IMG/VR virus record: IMGVR_UViG_3300029922_000007
Span: 102,170 to 166,169 of that record
DNA length: 64,000 bases
From: a virus
Strand: one strand, 5' to 3'
Shown: piece by piece, positions 54,473 to 62,635 of the stretch
Layout of the letters: every line of letters starts with the position of its first letter
Numbering within the stretch: the stretch's first letter is position 1
Program-made: the position numbers and the translations under genes
The notes under the pieces: generated by a model
The model's input: the letters and a program-made list of their open reading frames with translations, nothing else
Told to the model about the DNA's origin: nothing
The model's database searches: none

Positions 54473-55338
54473 TAAAAATGCCCCTTCTCTCCAGCGCAGT
54501 CCAAAACTACAATTCCGTGGGATCTGATCTGGTCGATTACTTGCTTTCGATCATCCACGCAGAAGAGTAGATTATACTTAGTTTTGATCTCAAACTCAAG
54601 CATAATCTCCTTAACGATAGAGTCCTTTCGAGAATCATTAGTCCTGCGCATAATTAGCTGGTCGTAGGGAATATCATGGTATTTTAACCACTTCTCTGTT
54701 TGCTCTCTATAGTCTTCTGGACGACCTGAACAAATGAGAATATGGCTACAATAGCTCATGCCCACAGTCATTTTTTTACACCACCCATTTACTGGGTCTT
54801 CAGACATTCCCGCAAAGAAGGCAGGCCAATTCTTTTTAGGTCCTTGAACGTAGTGCTCTCTATGGGAAGCGTCAGACAGCGTATTGTCAGCATCCACCCA
54901 AATAGCTGGCGTCTTATAGCCTTCAGGCCAGCATCTCAAAACCCTATCGGCTTCCTCATCGGTAACGCGCTCGTATTTTGTAAAAAACATGTGTAGAGCT
55001 GACTTAGCATCGGTCTCGTTTTGAATGGTAAGATGGTCTTTACGTTCCATGCAGCGCTTAAAGCACGTATCGTAGGACTCATGAAGAACGGTAATGTGGG
55101 TACTATAGCCCAAAGCCTTAGCTGGATCTAAGTACCGATTCCGTTGACCTTTGGAGAAATTAAGGCGATCTACTACAATATCCTTGCCTTCTTGAAGGGC
55201 CAAGTTGAATAGGCGGAGATGATCTTTACCTTGAAGGTCTTGATTGATATACGTGACACCGCCCTTAGAACAATAGTCCAAAGCTAAGGTGGATTTCCCA
55301 GATCCTGGAGGGCCAACAAGCAATGTGAGTCTCTTCAT
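54472..55338 (-). CDS. pseT: Polynucleotide kinase/3-prime phosphatase (PseT-like)
   Basis: P-loop GPPGSGKS plus HAD DADNTL, SGR, K, DDR. Confidence 0.9.
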   Translation of the reverse strand: MKRLTLLVGPPGSGKSTLALDYCSKGGVTYINQDLQGKDHLRLFNLALQEGKDIVVDRLNFSKGQRNRYLDPAKALGYSTHITVLHESYDTCFKRCMERKDHLTIQNETDAKSALHMFFTKYERVTDEEADRVLRCWPEGYKTPAIWVDADNTLSDASHREHYVQGPKKNWPAFFAGMSEDPVNGWCKKMTVGMSYCSHILICSGRPEDYREQTEKWLKYHDIPYDQLIMRRTNDSRKDSIVKEIMLEFEIKTKYNLLFCVDDRKQVIDQIRSHGIVVLDCAGEKGHF

Positions 55339-55346
55339 ACTTTCAT

Positions 55347-55375
55347 AGTATGCCATAGGGTTAAGGGATGGTCAA
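55347..55375 (-). promoter_or_regulatory. Sigma70-type promoter of the PNKP-ligase operon
   Basis: TTGACC-17-CATACT with TG extension; ATG follows after 8 nt. Confidence 0.65.
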
Positions 55376-55383
55376 TATTTAAT

Positions 55384-55412
55384 TTGACTTCTTTCAAGAG
55401 ATAGGTTAACGT
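55384..55412 (+). promoter_or_regulatory. Sigma70-type promoter of the recombinase gene
   Basis: TTGACT-17-TAACGT; AGGAGG SD downstream. Confidence 0.6.
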
Positions 55413-55444
55413 TTTAAAAGGTCGGTAAAACAAAGGAGGTTCAA

Positions 55445-56038
55445 ATGAAAGGCTGCAGGAACTTAACGGACGAAGAGATTGTCAATGTTTACAACGAGCT
55501 AAGCACTCCAAGGGATAAGAATATGTTTCTCGTCGGCGTGCTTACAGGCCTAAGAATTAGCGAACTCTTGAGTCTAAGGGTAAAGGATGTTTACGAAAAT
55601 GGTCGAATGTCAGAATGGATCACCGTAGCTAGAAAGAATACTAAGGGAAAGATCGAATCCAAGACCTTGCCCATGGTGGATGAGGCTCGAAACTCTTTGG
55701 AGAAGTTCATAAGCTCAATGGAAAATCCTAAGCCTACAGATCCACTCTTCAAGTCAACTCAGGGGGATAAAGCTATCTCTAGGGTTATGGCCCATAAGAT
55801 TTTAAAGAAAGCGTTTACTTCCCTAAAGATGACCGGAAAGCTTAGTACTCATAGCTGTAGGAAATCATTCGCTCAGAGGATCCATAAGGAGCTTGGAAAT
55901 CGAATTGAGAGAACACAGGTAGCTCTTTGCCATAAAAGCTTGTCGAGCACGGTTAGTTATATTCAGGTTGATAGGGAAGAAGTTGAGAATGGTATTCGGA
56001 ATGTTGGTGGATTTTTGGCTGGGAAGATTGTGGGGTAA
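55445..56038 (+). CDS. Tyrosine recombinase (catalytic domain only)
   Basis: TGLRISELL (R), TKG (K), HSCRK, CH, SY. Confidence 0.9.
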   Translation: MKGCRNLTDEEIVNVYNELSTPRDKNMFLVGVLTGLRISELLSLRVKDVYENGRMSEWITVARKNTKGKIESKTLPMVDEARNSLEKFISSMENPKPTDPLFKSTQGDKAISRVMAHKILKKAFTSLKMTGKLSTHSCRKSFAQRIHKELGNRIERTQVALCHKSLSSTVSYIQVDREEVENGIRNVGGFLAGKIVG

Positions 56039-56656
56039 TTACCGACCGTACTTGGCGATCCACGATTCGATCTCCGAAATAGAAACGGGCCTGTAATTAT
56101 TTCCGACAACTCCAACATCCCTCTGTTTCCCTAAGATCTTCTGAGACTTACCACTATTAGGGCTATGTACATGACCATGACAGTGAAACTGGCCTCGATC
56201 AGGAACAGAATAGGCATGATTTTTATGGTCGCCATGCCAACAGGCTCCAAGTTGAGCGCCCTTCATTTCAGAAGTATCCTCACGCCATACACCCATAAGA
56301 GGACAATGCGACATGGTAACTTCATGTCCGGCAATCCAAAGGGAAGCTGAGTTCAAGACTACATCGAACCCAGCTTTATACATGGCGCTAGAGCCTTTGT
56401 CGTGATTGCCCATGATTAAGACTTTGGTGCCGTGGAGTTGGTCGATAATACCTTTTAGTTTATCTCCAGTACAAAGGCCCATATCGCCTAGAAAATAGGT
56501 AATGCTATCTTCGGGAACGGTAGAATTGAAGTTATTGATGAGAACCCTATGCATGTGGTCCAAGTTATCAAATGGACGCTTATCGAATTTTAACGAATTC
56601 TCATGAAAGCAATGCCAATCCGACGTCAGAAAAACGAGTTTACGTTCATTCCCCAT
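56039..56656 (-). CDS. Calcineurin-like phosphoesterase
   Basis: TSDWH..H, LGD, GNHD, SHCP, HGHVH, DVGV. Confidence 0.9.
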   Translation of the reverse strand: MGNERKLVFLTSDWHCFHENSLKFDKRPFDNLDHMHRVLINNFNSTVPEDSITYFLGDMGLCTGDKLKGIIDQLHGTKVLIMGNHDKGSSAMYKAGFDVVLNSASLWIAGHEVTMSHCPLMGVWREDTSEMKGAQLGACWHGDHKNHAYSVPDRGQFHCHGHVHSPNSGKSQKILGKQRDVGVVGNNYRPVSISEIESWIAKYGR

Positions 56657-57131
56657 ATGGTTTACCCTGAAACAAGTACACTTCCCTCTTCACCTTCCAA
56701 ATTTGAGCCTTGTTTGGGGTATAGCAGGCAAAGAAGTATCCTTTAGGCGTAAGATGAATTTCGAAGTTCTTAGGCTCACAAGCCATCCAAAGTCTAGGCT
56801 CAAGTCGAACGAGGTGGGTTGGGCTACCCATGTTCTTAGCGCACTCTACGACGATATCGGAAACTAGTTCCAGGAGAGATTCTTTAAAGACTTCTACGGT
56901 TGGAATGTGCTGTAGGAAGTCGTAAGGAGTTAAAGGAAGCGAGTAATTTAGCAGAACAGCCGTACACCTGCGAAGAGGAGATTCGTAAAAGGATGAGCGC
57001 CCTATTCTTTTATAATATTGGAGATGGTGAGTGTCCCATTTATTTTCTCTAGTGGGAATGAGCTTTATGAATTCCTTGAGAGAAATAGGACTGACTGACC
57101 CAAAAGAAGTGTTGATGATGCTAGGGTTCAT
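56646..57131 (-). CDS. Hypothetical protein
   Basis: TAATG-coupled to an upstream leaderless 24-aa ORF (57131-57205). Confidence 0.65.
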   Translation of the reverse strand: MNPSIINTSFGSVSPISLKEFIKLIPTRENKWDTHHLQYYKRIGRSSFYESPLRRCTAVLLNYSLPLTPYDFLQHIPTVEVFKESLLELVSDIVVECAKNMGSPTHLVRLEPRLWMACEPKNFEIHLTPKGYFFACYTPNKAQIWKVKREVYLFQGKPYGE

Positions 57132-57212
57132 TAATACCTCGTAACCAACCAAAATAGTTGAAGTGTTGCAAGTTTTTCTTCGAGTTCTTCGTAAGAAGGT
57201 TTCATAAGGAAC

Positions 57213-57241
57213 ATCTTAGCACCAAGGACGGACTTGTGCAA
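57213..57241 (-). promoter_or_regulatory. Sigma70-type promoter (leaderless)
   Basis: TTGCAC-17-TAAGAT with TG extension; ATG follows after 7 nt. Confidence 0.65.
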
Positions 57242-57244
57242 TAT

Positions 57245-57542
57245 TTTTCTTGGGCGTAGCCCAAGGGGCGCAGTGCCCCTTCAAGTACGTTGCAACTGAT
57301 GCAAAATGGGCGTCGACTCTTGGTAGGTAGTTGATACTATGGGTGTTTTATGGAGTGTGGATGGGCTAGATCGCTACTTCTAGCTTTGGTGGGTATTTAT
57401 CAGATTCATTTCCCACCGCCGACGTGTCGGGCCGGTAGACTGCTCCAAGGGTAGTGCCGTTCGCGGGACACGATTCCGAGTCACACCTTTCGGTGAAGAA
57501 CCTTCTAGTTATTTATATCCCTATCTACAATCAATCTCATCC
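57245..57542 (-). ncRNA. Candidate structured non-coding RNA
   Basis: Own promoter TTGACA-16-TATCCT (57549-57576); only an 11-codon ORF at the 5-prime end; nested stems including CACC-GAAA-GGUG. Confidence 0.45.
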
Positions 57543-57609
57543 AAGGCTAGGATATCAAAATGGGGAAGGGTGTCAAGCTTTAGATTTCTTTGGCCGAAGG
57601 CCAAGGGGG

Positions 57610-58527
57610 TTATAGGATCCCGTTGGCGAGTTTATACGCGTCCCATTCTTCGGGCGATTTATCTCTCTTGAGAAAATTATCTTTTTGCCATAAAGGCTGG
57701 AAATTTGAGAAATGGTTCAACCTGTATAGGTCTTCCACGCTTTTAGCCTCGGCCATGGGCGTGATGTGGTCGATATTCCACTTATCTTCGCCGTAGCCGT
57801 AGTTATCCCAGGACATGCCTGGTTGCCAGAGGGACTCTAAGTGGGCCTTAAACTCTTGCGAGTTGCAACCAAGGTAAAGACTTAGCTTAGAACTTTTTAC
57901 GAAGCCATTGTACTTAGTGGCACCGCTAACAGCTCTTCTAATATTGTCGGCCAATTTAACCATAGGGTTTTCTTGGCGCTTCTTTCTTCTTTTGGCGTTT
58001 AGGGCGTCCCTATTTTCTTCGTGATACTTTCTAGTCTTAATTTTTCGTTTTTCTCTGTGTTTGTAGTGGGATGCTCTTTGCCCTTCTGCTCTTTTTTCTG
58101 GATCTTTCGCTTTATATTCTTTATTGTAATCTGAGCGACATTTTTTACAGTCCGCCGACAGTCCATGAAAACCTCCCGCACTTTTATTGAAGAATTCTTT
58201 AGTTTCTTCTTTTAATATTAAGCACTTAGAGCAGTTCTTAAACCCAGGAAGAGGAGCTTCGTGCTGAAATCTTTTAGGCCTACCTGGAGGCCTACTCGTT
58301 TGTTTTGATTGGGACTCTTCGTTCTTTCTCGGGCGACCCCGTGGTTTTCCGTTAGGAACGTACCCCTGGGAATGCCGTTGCGCTGCATACAGTTGCATGC
58401 AGTTCTTACACCAAGAGGATAGGCCGCTTTTTATTTTAACGTTGATGTTAAAATCGGCTACCGGAAGATTTTGGCTACATTTGGAACAGTTTTTATGGCC
58501 ATCGATTATAGAGAATTTGGTATTCAT
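57610..58527 (-). CDS. HNH-type endonuclease with Zn fingers and two AT-hooks
   Basis: KxCSKC repeats; KPRGRPRK and RPPGRPKR; LGC...HLE....GMSWDNYG..WNIDHI.P..H.SN.QPLW..DN..K. Confidence 0.85.
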   Translation of the reverse strand: MNTKFSIIDGHKNCSKCSQNLPVADFNINVKIKSGLSSWCKNCMQLYAAQRHSQGYVPNGKPRGRPRKNEESQSKQTSRPPGRPKRFQHEAPLPGFKNCSKCLILKEETKEFFNKSAGGFHGLSADCKKCRSDYNKEYKAKDPEKRAEGQRASHYKHREKRKIKTRKYHEENRDALNAKRRKKRQENPMVKLADNIRRAVSGATKYNGFVKSSKLSLYLGCNSQEFKAHLESLWQPGMSWDNYGYGEDKWNIDHITPMAEAKSVEDLYRLNHFSNFQPLWQKDNFLKRDKSPEEWDAYKLANGIL

Positions 58528-58758
58528 AAATGTTATATATCATAGGATTTTTTTAAAAAAATATTTTTGTACATAGGATGATAGGTAATGAAAATATTTA
58601 GAAATTTTAAAGACGTTTTCATGTCCGTATTACTCGGGTGAAGTGTGTCGTAGGTGACACAGACCCCGGTAAACGGGTATTATGTCAATCATTTCATATA
58701 CTTAAACCTGTGTCAGTCTCCTGCGACGCAGGGATGTGTCGCCTATTTTAAATGCATG

Positions 58759-58791
58759 GGCAATATACGTGCCGAATCAATAACCGTGCCA
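58759..58791 (-). promoter_or_regulatory. Sigma54-type -24/-12 sites (tandem)
   Basis: CGGCACGTATATTGCC (58759-58774) and TGGCACGGTTATTGAT (58776-58791, one mismatch). Confidence 0.55.
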
Positions 58792-59389
58792 TTGCGTCAT
58801 ATGCGCTATAGGGCGTTATAGACGACGCACTGTTACATGACGCCATTGCATAGGCCGATACGCTGAAGGAGCGCCATAGCCTTGCAATGCCTCAATAGGT
58901 CAAGTCTAATAGGATGCATTAGACGCGGTTAGATAGGCGCGGCGCAGTGCTCGCTTGAGTGTGTCATGATGGACACGGGTTGTGAGCGCTCGTTTGAGGT
59001 AGGTTTCGGCGTGGTTAACATTATCCTATATCGTATACCGTATGGATAACTAATTAGAATTTAAAGAGAATATAGAATCTCGTTTTATAGCGCGGTGCCA
59101 GTCAATCGACCGTTATCATTAGACGCACGAATGCACCGCAAAACCATGGTCAAGCGATGCATAAAACGATTGATATTTTTGGCGCTCATAACGCTAGGGC
59201 CAATATATGAGATATGAGAGATATCCGGCCTAGACTTCTCCCATACCCTAACGCTAAGATTGACTGTTTTTGGCCCATATCGCATATAGCTTAGCTTAGC
59301 GTTTAAGTAATGATCAAATGTACTGACAATGATCATATTTCGCCCTAACTCCATTCATTTTTCCCTAATGAATGTATCTATTATCCCTT

Positions 59390-59405
59390 TGGCATATCGT
59401 CTGCA
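59390..59405 (+). promoter_or_regulatory. Sigma54-type promoter heading the early region
   Basis: TGGCATATCGTCTGCA (GG-N10-GC). Confidence 0.5.
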
Positions 59406-59415
59406 ATAACTCATG

Positions 59416-59790
59416 GTGTCCAGTTTGATTTAAACCGCTAGTAACTCGACTAAGCCTAACCCGCATACCGCACCATTGTTTTACATGGGTTAGACTTCCA
59501 AGGGTTTACACGTCTAGGTATCCCTGTACCAGACTTTGACGCTAGCAGGATATCCCACAATTCTATCGGCACTGGCGCATGCGCGGTCGATACGGTCAAG
59601 GGGATTAGACGACTAAGGCTCTAAATATTGACTCAAGTATTTGACTTCATTAAATAAAACTTTCATTGCGTTTTAACTAACGCATCTAATGGCATGTTGC
59701 AACATGCCTAACGCCTCATACCGGGTTAGCAATGACTCGGTATGAGGTCCCGCCTTTGTCCTATTGAGTCTGATAACATGTTGAACGTAT
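59416..59790 (+). ncRNA. Candidate structured RNA / long 5-prime leader
   Basis: Multiple nested stems with G-U pairs on the plus strand; 15-bp stem with a GCAA tetraloop at 59714-59747. Confidence 0.5.
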
Positions 59791-59799
59791 GAGGTACTT

Positions 59800-60006
59800 A
59801 TGATCAAGGTATACGCTAAGATAGGTAAACGGTATTTTGCCAGTGAATATAAAGCCGACCGTCAAGGTAATTTGCGTGAAGGTTCGGTTAAATCGTCTGA
59901 AACTAAATTAGTTGCTAGGGTTTATGACTCGGTAGACTTGGTTATCAGGGATGCTAGGCTTTTAGGTGTATCCCTGGATTGCATTGAATTCGAAAAAGCA
60001 GCATAA
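59800..60006 (+). CDS. Hypothetical early protein
   Basis: GAGG SD. Confidence 0.7.
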   Translation: MIKVYAKIGKRYFASEYKADRQGNLREGSVKSSETKLVARVYDSVDLVIRDARLLGVSLDCIEFEKAA

Positions 60007-60033
60007 CTTTTAACAGTCTGAAAGGATATTCCA

Positions 60034-60261
60034 ATGAAACTAGGCATCTATATCGACGATAATGGTCAAGTCATTGAAATCTTTAACGATACTCCGAATA
60101 TTCGATTGGAGCAAGCCGATGGTTTCGTAGAAGTTCAAACACTGCGGAATGACGGGAATGAAACAGAAGTTACTGGCTCGTATGTGTTCTATCAATTGGT
60201 TACCGATCTTAAAATGATTAAGGCGGCTATGAAGCTAGTTCCTAAGAGGTCTAAGGCCTAA
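60034..60261 (+). CDS. Hypothetical early protein
   Basis: AAGGA SD. Confidence 0.7.
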   Translation: MKLGIYIDDNGQVIEIFNDTPNIRLEQADGFVEVQTLRNDGNETEVTGSYVFYQLVTDLKMIKAAMKLVPKRSKA

Positions 60262-60333
60262 CCGATGCATTCCCTTATAACCGCACGTAACTTTGAGTCT
60301 TTTTTGTCTAATAACCCTACTAATGAGGTATCT

Positions 60334-61116
60334 ATGTCTAATCAAGTTGTTAAGTTGTCCGGCTCATATGTCCAAGACCAACGTCATACCAATGTATCTA
60401 ATCGTTTCAACGTTATTCAGCCTAGCGCAGTAGGGGATGCTATGGCGCGTCATGGCTTGCAACTTGCTTCATTGTCTACCGGTAAAGCACGTCATGTTGA
60501 TAAGCTTGATTTTCAGCGTACTTTGTCTCGGTATCGTGGCGCGGAAATTATGCCGGGTATTCATATCGATATCATTCATTCCGGTTATCATATGGGGCGC
60601 GGCGTGGATTCGTTTTCGGTCGGGTTTTATCGCATTGTCTGTACTAATGGTTTGCAGACTGGTACTAGCTTTGATCGTTTTGAGGTCCGGCATTCGGGCG
60701 ATACGTTTTTGAACCTGGACAATGCAATTGCGGCATGCCTTGAATCTAAAGAACGCTTGACGGCCACAATTGAACGTATGAAGTCTACTGTCTTGACTCC
60801 GGAACAACATGTTGAATTCGGTGCGCAAGTTGCTAGACTTCTAACTCCTAGCGGTGCATTGCGGGTTAAGCATCGGCTATTGACGCCTAAACGCGATGAT
60901 GATAAGGGTTTTGGCTTGTTTGAGGTCTTGAACGTTGCTCAAGAGTCTGGAATGCAAGGCAAAAACGTTGTTTACGAATTGCCCACTGATAAGCTTGATT
61001 CTAGTGGTCAAGCTAAGGTCCGCACCATGACTGCTAGGGCGATTAAGCCTAACTCGGCGAAAGACGAGGAGTTTAATTCAGCTATTTTTGACCTTGCATT
61101 GAAATTTGCGGCATAA
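60334..61116 (+). CDS. DUF932/DUF945-family protein
   Basis: VSNRF..I; GFYRIVCTNGL..G; VRH.G; L.P.R.DD...LF...NV.QE; GAGG SD. Confidence 0.8.
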   Translation: MSNQVVKLSGSYVQDQRHTNVSNRFNVIQPSAVGDAMARHGLQLASLSTGKARHVDKLDFQRTLSRYRGAEIMPGIHIDIIHSGYHMGRGVDSFSVGFYRIVCTNGLQTGTSFDRFEVRHSGDTFLNLDNAIAACLESKERLTATIERMKSTVLTPEQHVEFGAQVARLLTPSGALRVKHRLLTPKRDDDKGFGLFEVLNVAQESGMQGKNVVYELPTDKLDSSGQAKVRTMTARAIKPNSAKDEEFNSAIFDLALKFAA

Positions 61117-61130
61117 TCGTTTGATATCCG

Positions 61131-61162
61131 GGAGTTACGGCCTAGCGCTGTAACTCCCTTTT
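61131..61162 (+). terminator. Intrinsic terminator/processing hairpin
   Basis: GGAGTTACGGC-CTAGC-GCTGTAACTCC followed by CTTTT. Confidence 0.7.
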
Positions 61163-61175
61163 ATAGGAGTGTGTC

Positions 61176-61337
61176 ATGGTAGACGCAATTAAGGTTAGCA
61201 CTAGCGTTTTAGACCTAACTGGTATCGGCACTGAATACCTAGTGTCTGAAGATGGTACCGTAATTGCTAAGTTTTACAATGGTCAATTTGCGCTGGATTG
61301 TCCGCGCGGTAACTTAGACCAAACCATTGCAGCATAA
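61176..61337 (+). CDS. Hypothetical protein
   Basis: AGGAG SD; 53 aa MVDAIKVSTS...; read by eye. Confidence 0.6.
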   Translation: MVDAIKVSTSVLDLTGIGTEYLVSEDGTVIAKFYNGQFALDCPRGNLDQTIAA

Positions 61338-61354
61338 CAAAGGGAGATTTTAAA

Positions 61355-61825
61355 ATGTCTAATAAATACAAGCTTCTTTCTACTGATACTAAAATCAATT
61401 GGGATGGAAAAACTCTTTATAGGATTCAAGCGCTTATCAATATCGGGAGTGTTTTAGCCGGTACTTTAGGCGGATATATCGAAAAAAAATCTAACCTATC
61501 TGTATCCGGCAACGCATGGGTCTCTGGCAACGCACTGGTATCCGGCAACGCACTGGTATCCGGCAACGCACAGGTATCCGGCAACGCACTGGTATCCGGC
61601 AACGCACTGGTATCCGAGAAAAAACATTGCTATGTGTTTCATTGCGAAAGTTACTCTATGACAGTAACTCCTCAAAATATCTCAATTGGTTGCCAGTTAA
61701 AAACGCATAAAGAATGGTTGAAAGTAACTAAAAAACAAGCTATCACAATGGGATTGCAAGCTAATCTCTATGAAACCTATAAGGGACTAGCTAAAATTGG
61801 AATGAAAGCAGTTAAACTCAAGTAA
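61355..61825 (+). CDS. Hexapeptide-repeat (left-handed beta-helix, YdcK-like) protein
   Basis: LYRIQAL..G.LGGYIE..NL then (VSGNAx)6. Confidence 0.85.
   Translation: MSNKYKLLSTDTKINWDGKTLYRIQALINIGSVLAGTLGGYIEKKSNLSVSGNAWVSGNALVSGNALVSGNAQVSGNALVSGNALVSEKKHCYVFHCESYSMTVTPQNISIGCQLKTHKEWLKVTKKQAITMGLQANLYETYKGLAKIGMKAVKLK
61502..61616 (+). repeat. 18-bp tandem repeat, about 6.4 copies
   Basis: GTATCCGGCAACGCACTG units. Confidence 0.95.
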
Positions 61826-61851
61826 TCGATAGGCTAAACAAGGGAGTTTTT

Positions 61852-62250
61852 ATGTTTAAAATCAATAGTATATCTCGTTTTAGTTCGGATACTGTCAAGG
61901 TTTCAATTGACTGCAATGCGCGTGCATGGGCGATAGCTAAAAAGACTGGCACGCTAGGCACGCTATACGGTATTGACGTATCTAATGCGGTGTATCAAAT
62001 GCATGGGGTTAAGGCTAGCAATCCGACCGTATCGGACGATAAAAGAGCTAGTATGACAGGGGTTAAGTCTATTGATCTTTATTACCGTGATTCCGAATGG
62101 TCCGCGCCTATCGATAACGTTATCCGCATGCCTAACCTTTTTGCCTCTAATGCCAGTGCTAAGGCTATTCGAGGGGATGGAGCTAGTCCTACGGATAGTG
62201 TGAATAATGTTATTGCGGTCGATTTCATTAATCGCCGCAAAATCGCTTGA
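61852..62250 (+). CDS. Hypothetical protein
   Basis: GGGAG SD. Confidence 0.7.
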   Translation: MFKINSISRFSSDTVKVSIDCNARAWAIAKKTGTLGTLYGIDVSNAVYQMHGVKASNPTVSDDKRASMTGVKSIDLYYRDSEWSAPIDNVIRMPNLFASNASAKAIRGDGASPTDSVNNVIAVDFINRRKIA

Positions 62251-62261
62251 AAGGGGATAAC

Positions 62262-62627
62262 GTGTTTAAATCATATAGGGAATTTACCTTGGATAAGCCA
62301 GTTAACACTAAACGTCTAAAGGTTAGGCATATACACGATACAAAATCTAAATTAGCTTGCACAATCGTACAGTTACACAATACTGACGTGGTACATAGGG
62401 TAAACGTCAATAATGTTGTGACCTTGAATAGTGGCGGATGGAAAACACCTAGCACTAAGGTCACAATGAATACGGCTATGCGTTTAATCTATGGGTCAAT
62501 TGCGCCATGCATCTATCAAAGCAAGGGTAAATGGTACGTGGAATTTAACAATGGAGATATTGAATTGTATTTTGACGGTATGATTATCGGTGGCGGATGC
62601 GGCGCACCATTTGCCGTATTGAATTGA
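62262..62627 (+). CDS. Hypothetical phage early protein
   Basis: AGGGG SD before GTG; LH.T.V..TLNSGGW.T.STK..MN motif. Confidence 0.7.
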   Translation: MFKSYREFTLDKPVNTKRLKVRHIHDTKSKLACTIVQLHNTDVVHRVNVNNVVTLNSGGWKTPSTKVTMNTAMRLIYGSIAPCIYQSKGKWYVEFNNGDIELYFDGMIIGGGCGAPFAVLN

Positions 62628-62635
62628 GGGATACT

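Noticed and set aside
57385-57420. Hammerhead-like GAAA...CUGAUAA in the candidate ncRNA
   Set aside because: Core deviates from CUGANGA and there is no room for stems I and III.
6256-58527. Group I introns housing the endonuclease genes
   Set aside because: Flanking genes appear complete, intergenic gaps are too short, and no P7-type motifs were seen.
59085-59354. 89-aa minus-strand ORF in the strand-switch region
   Set aside because: No SD or motif, and it sits in otherwise regulatory DNA; cannot be supported.
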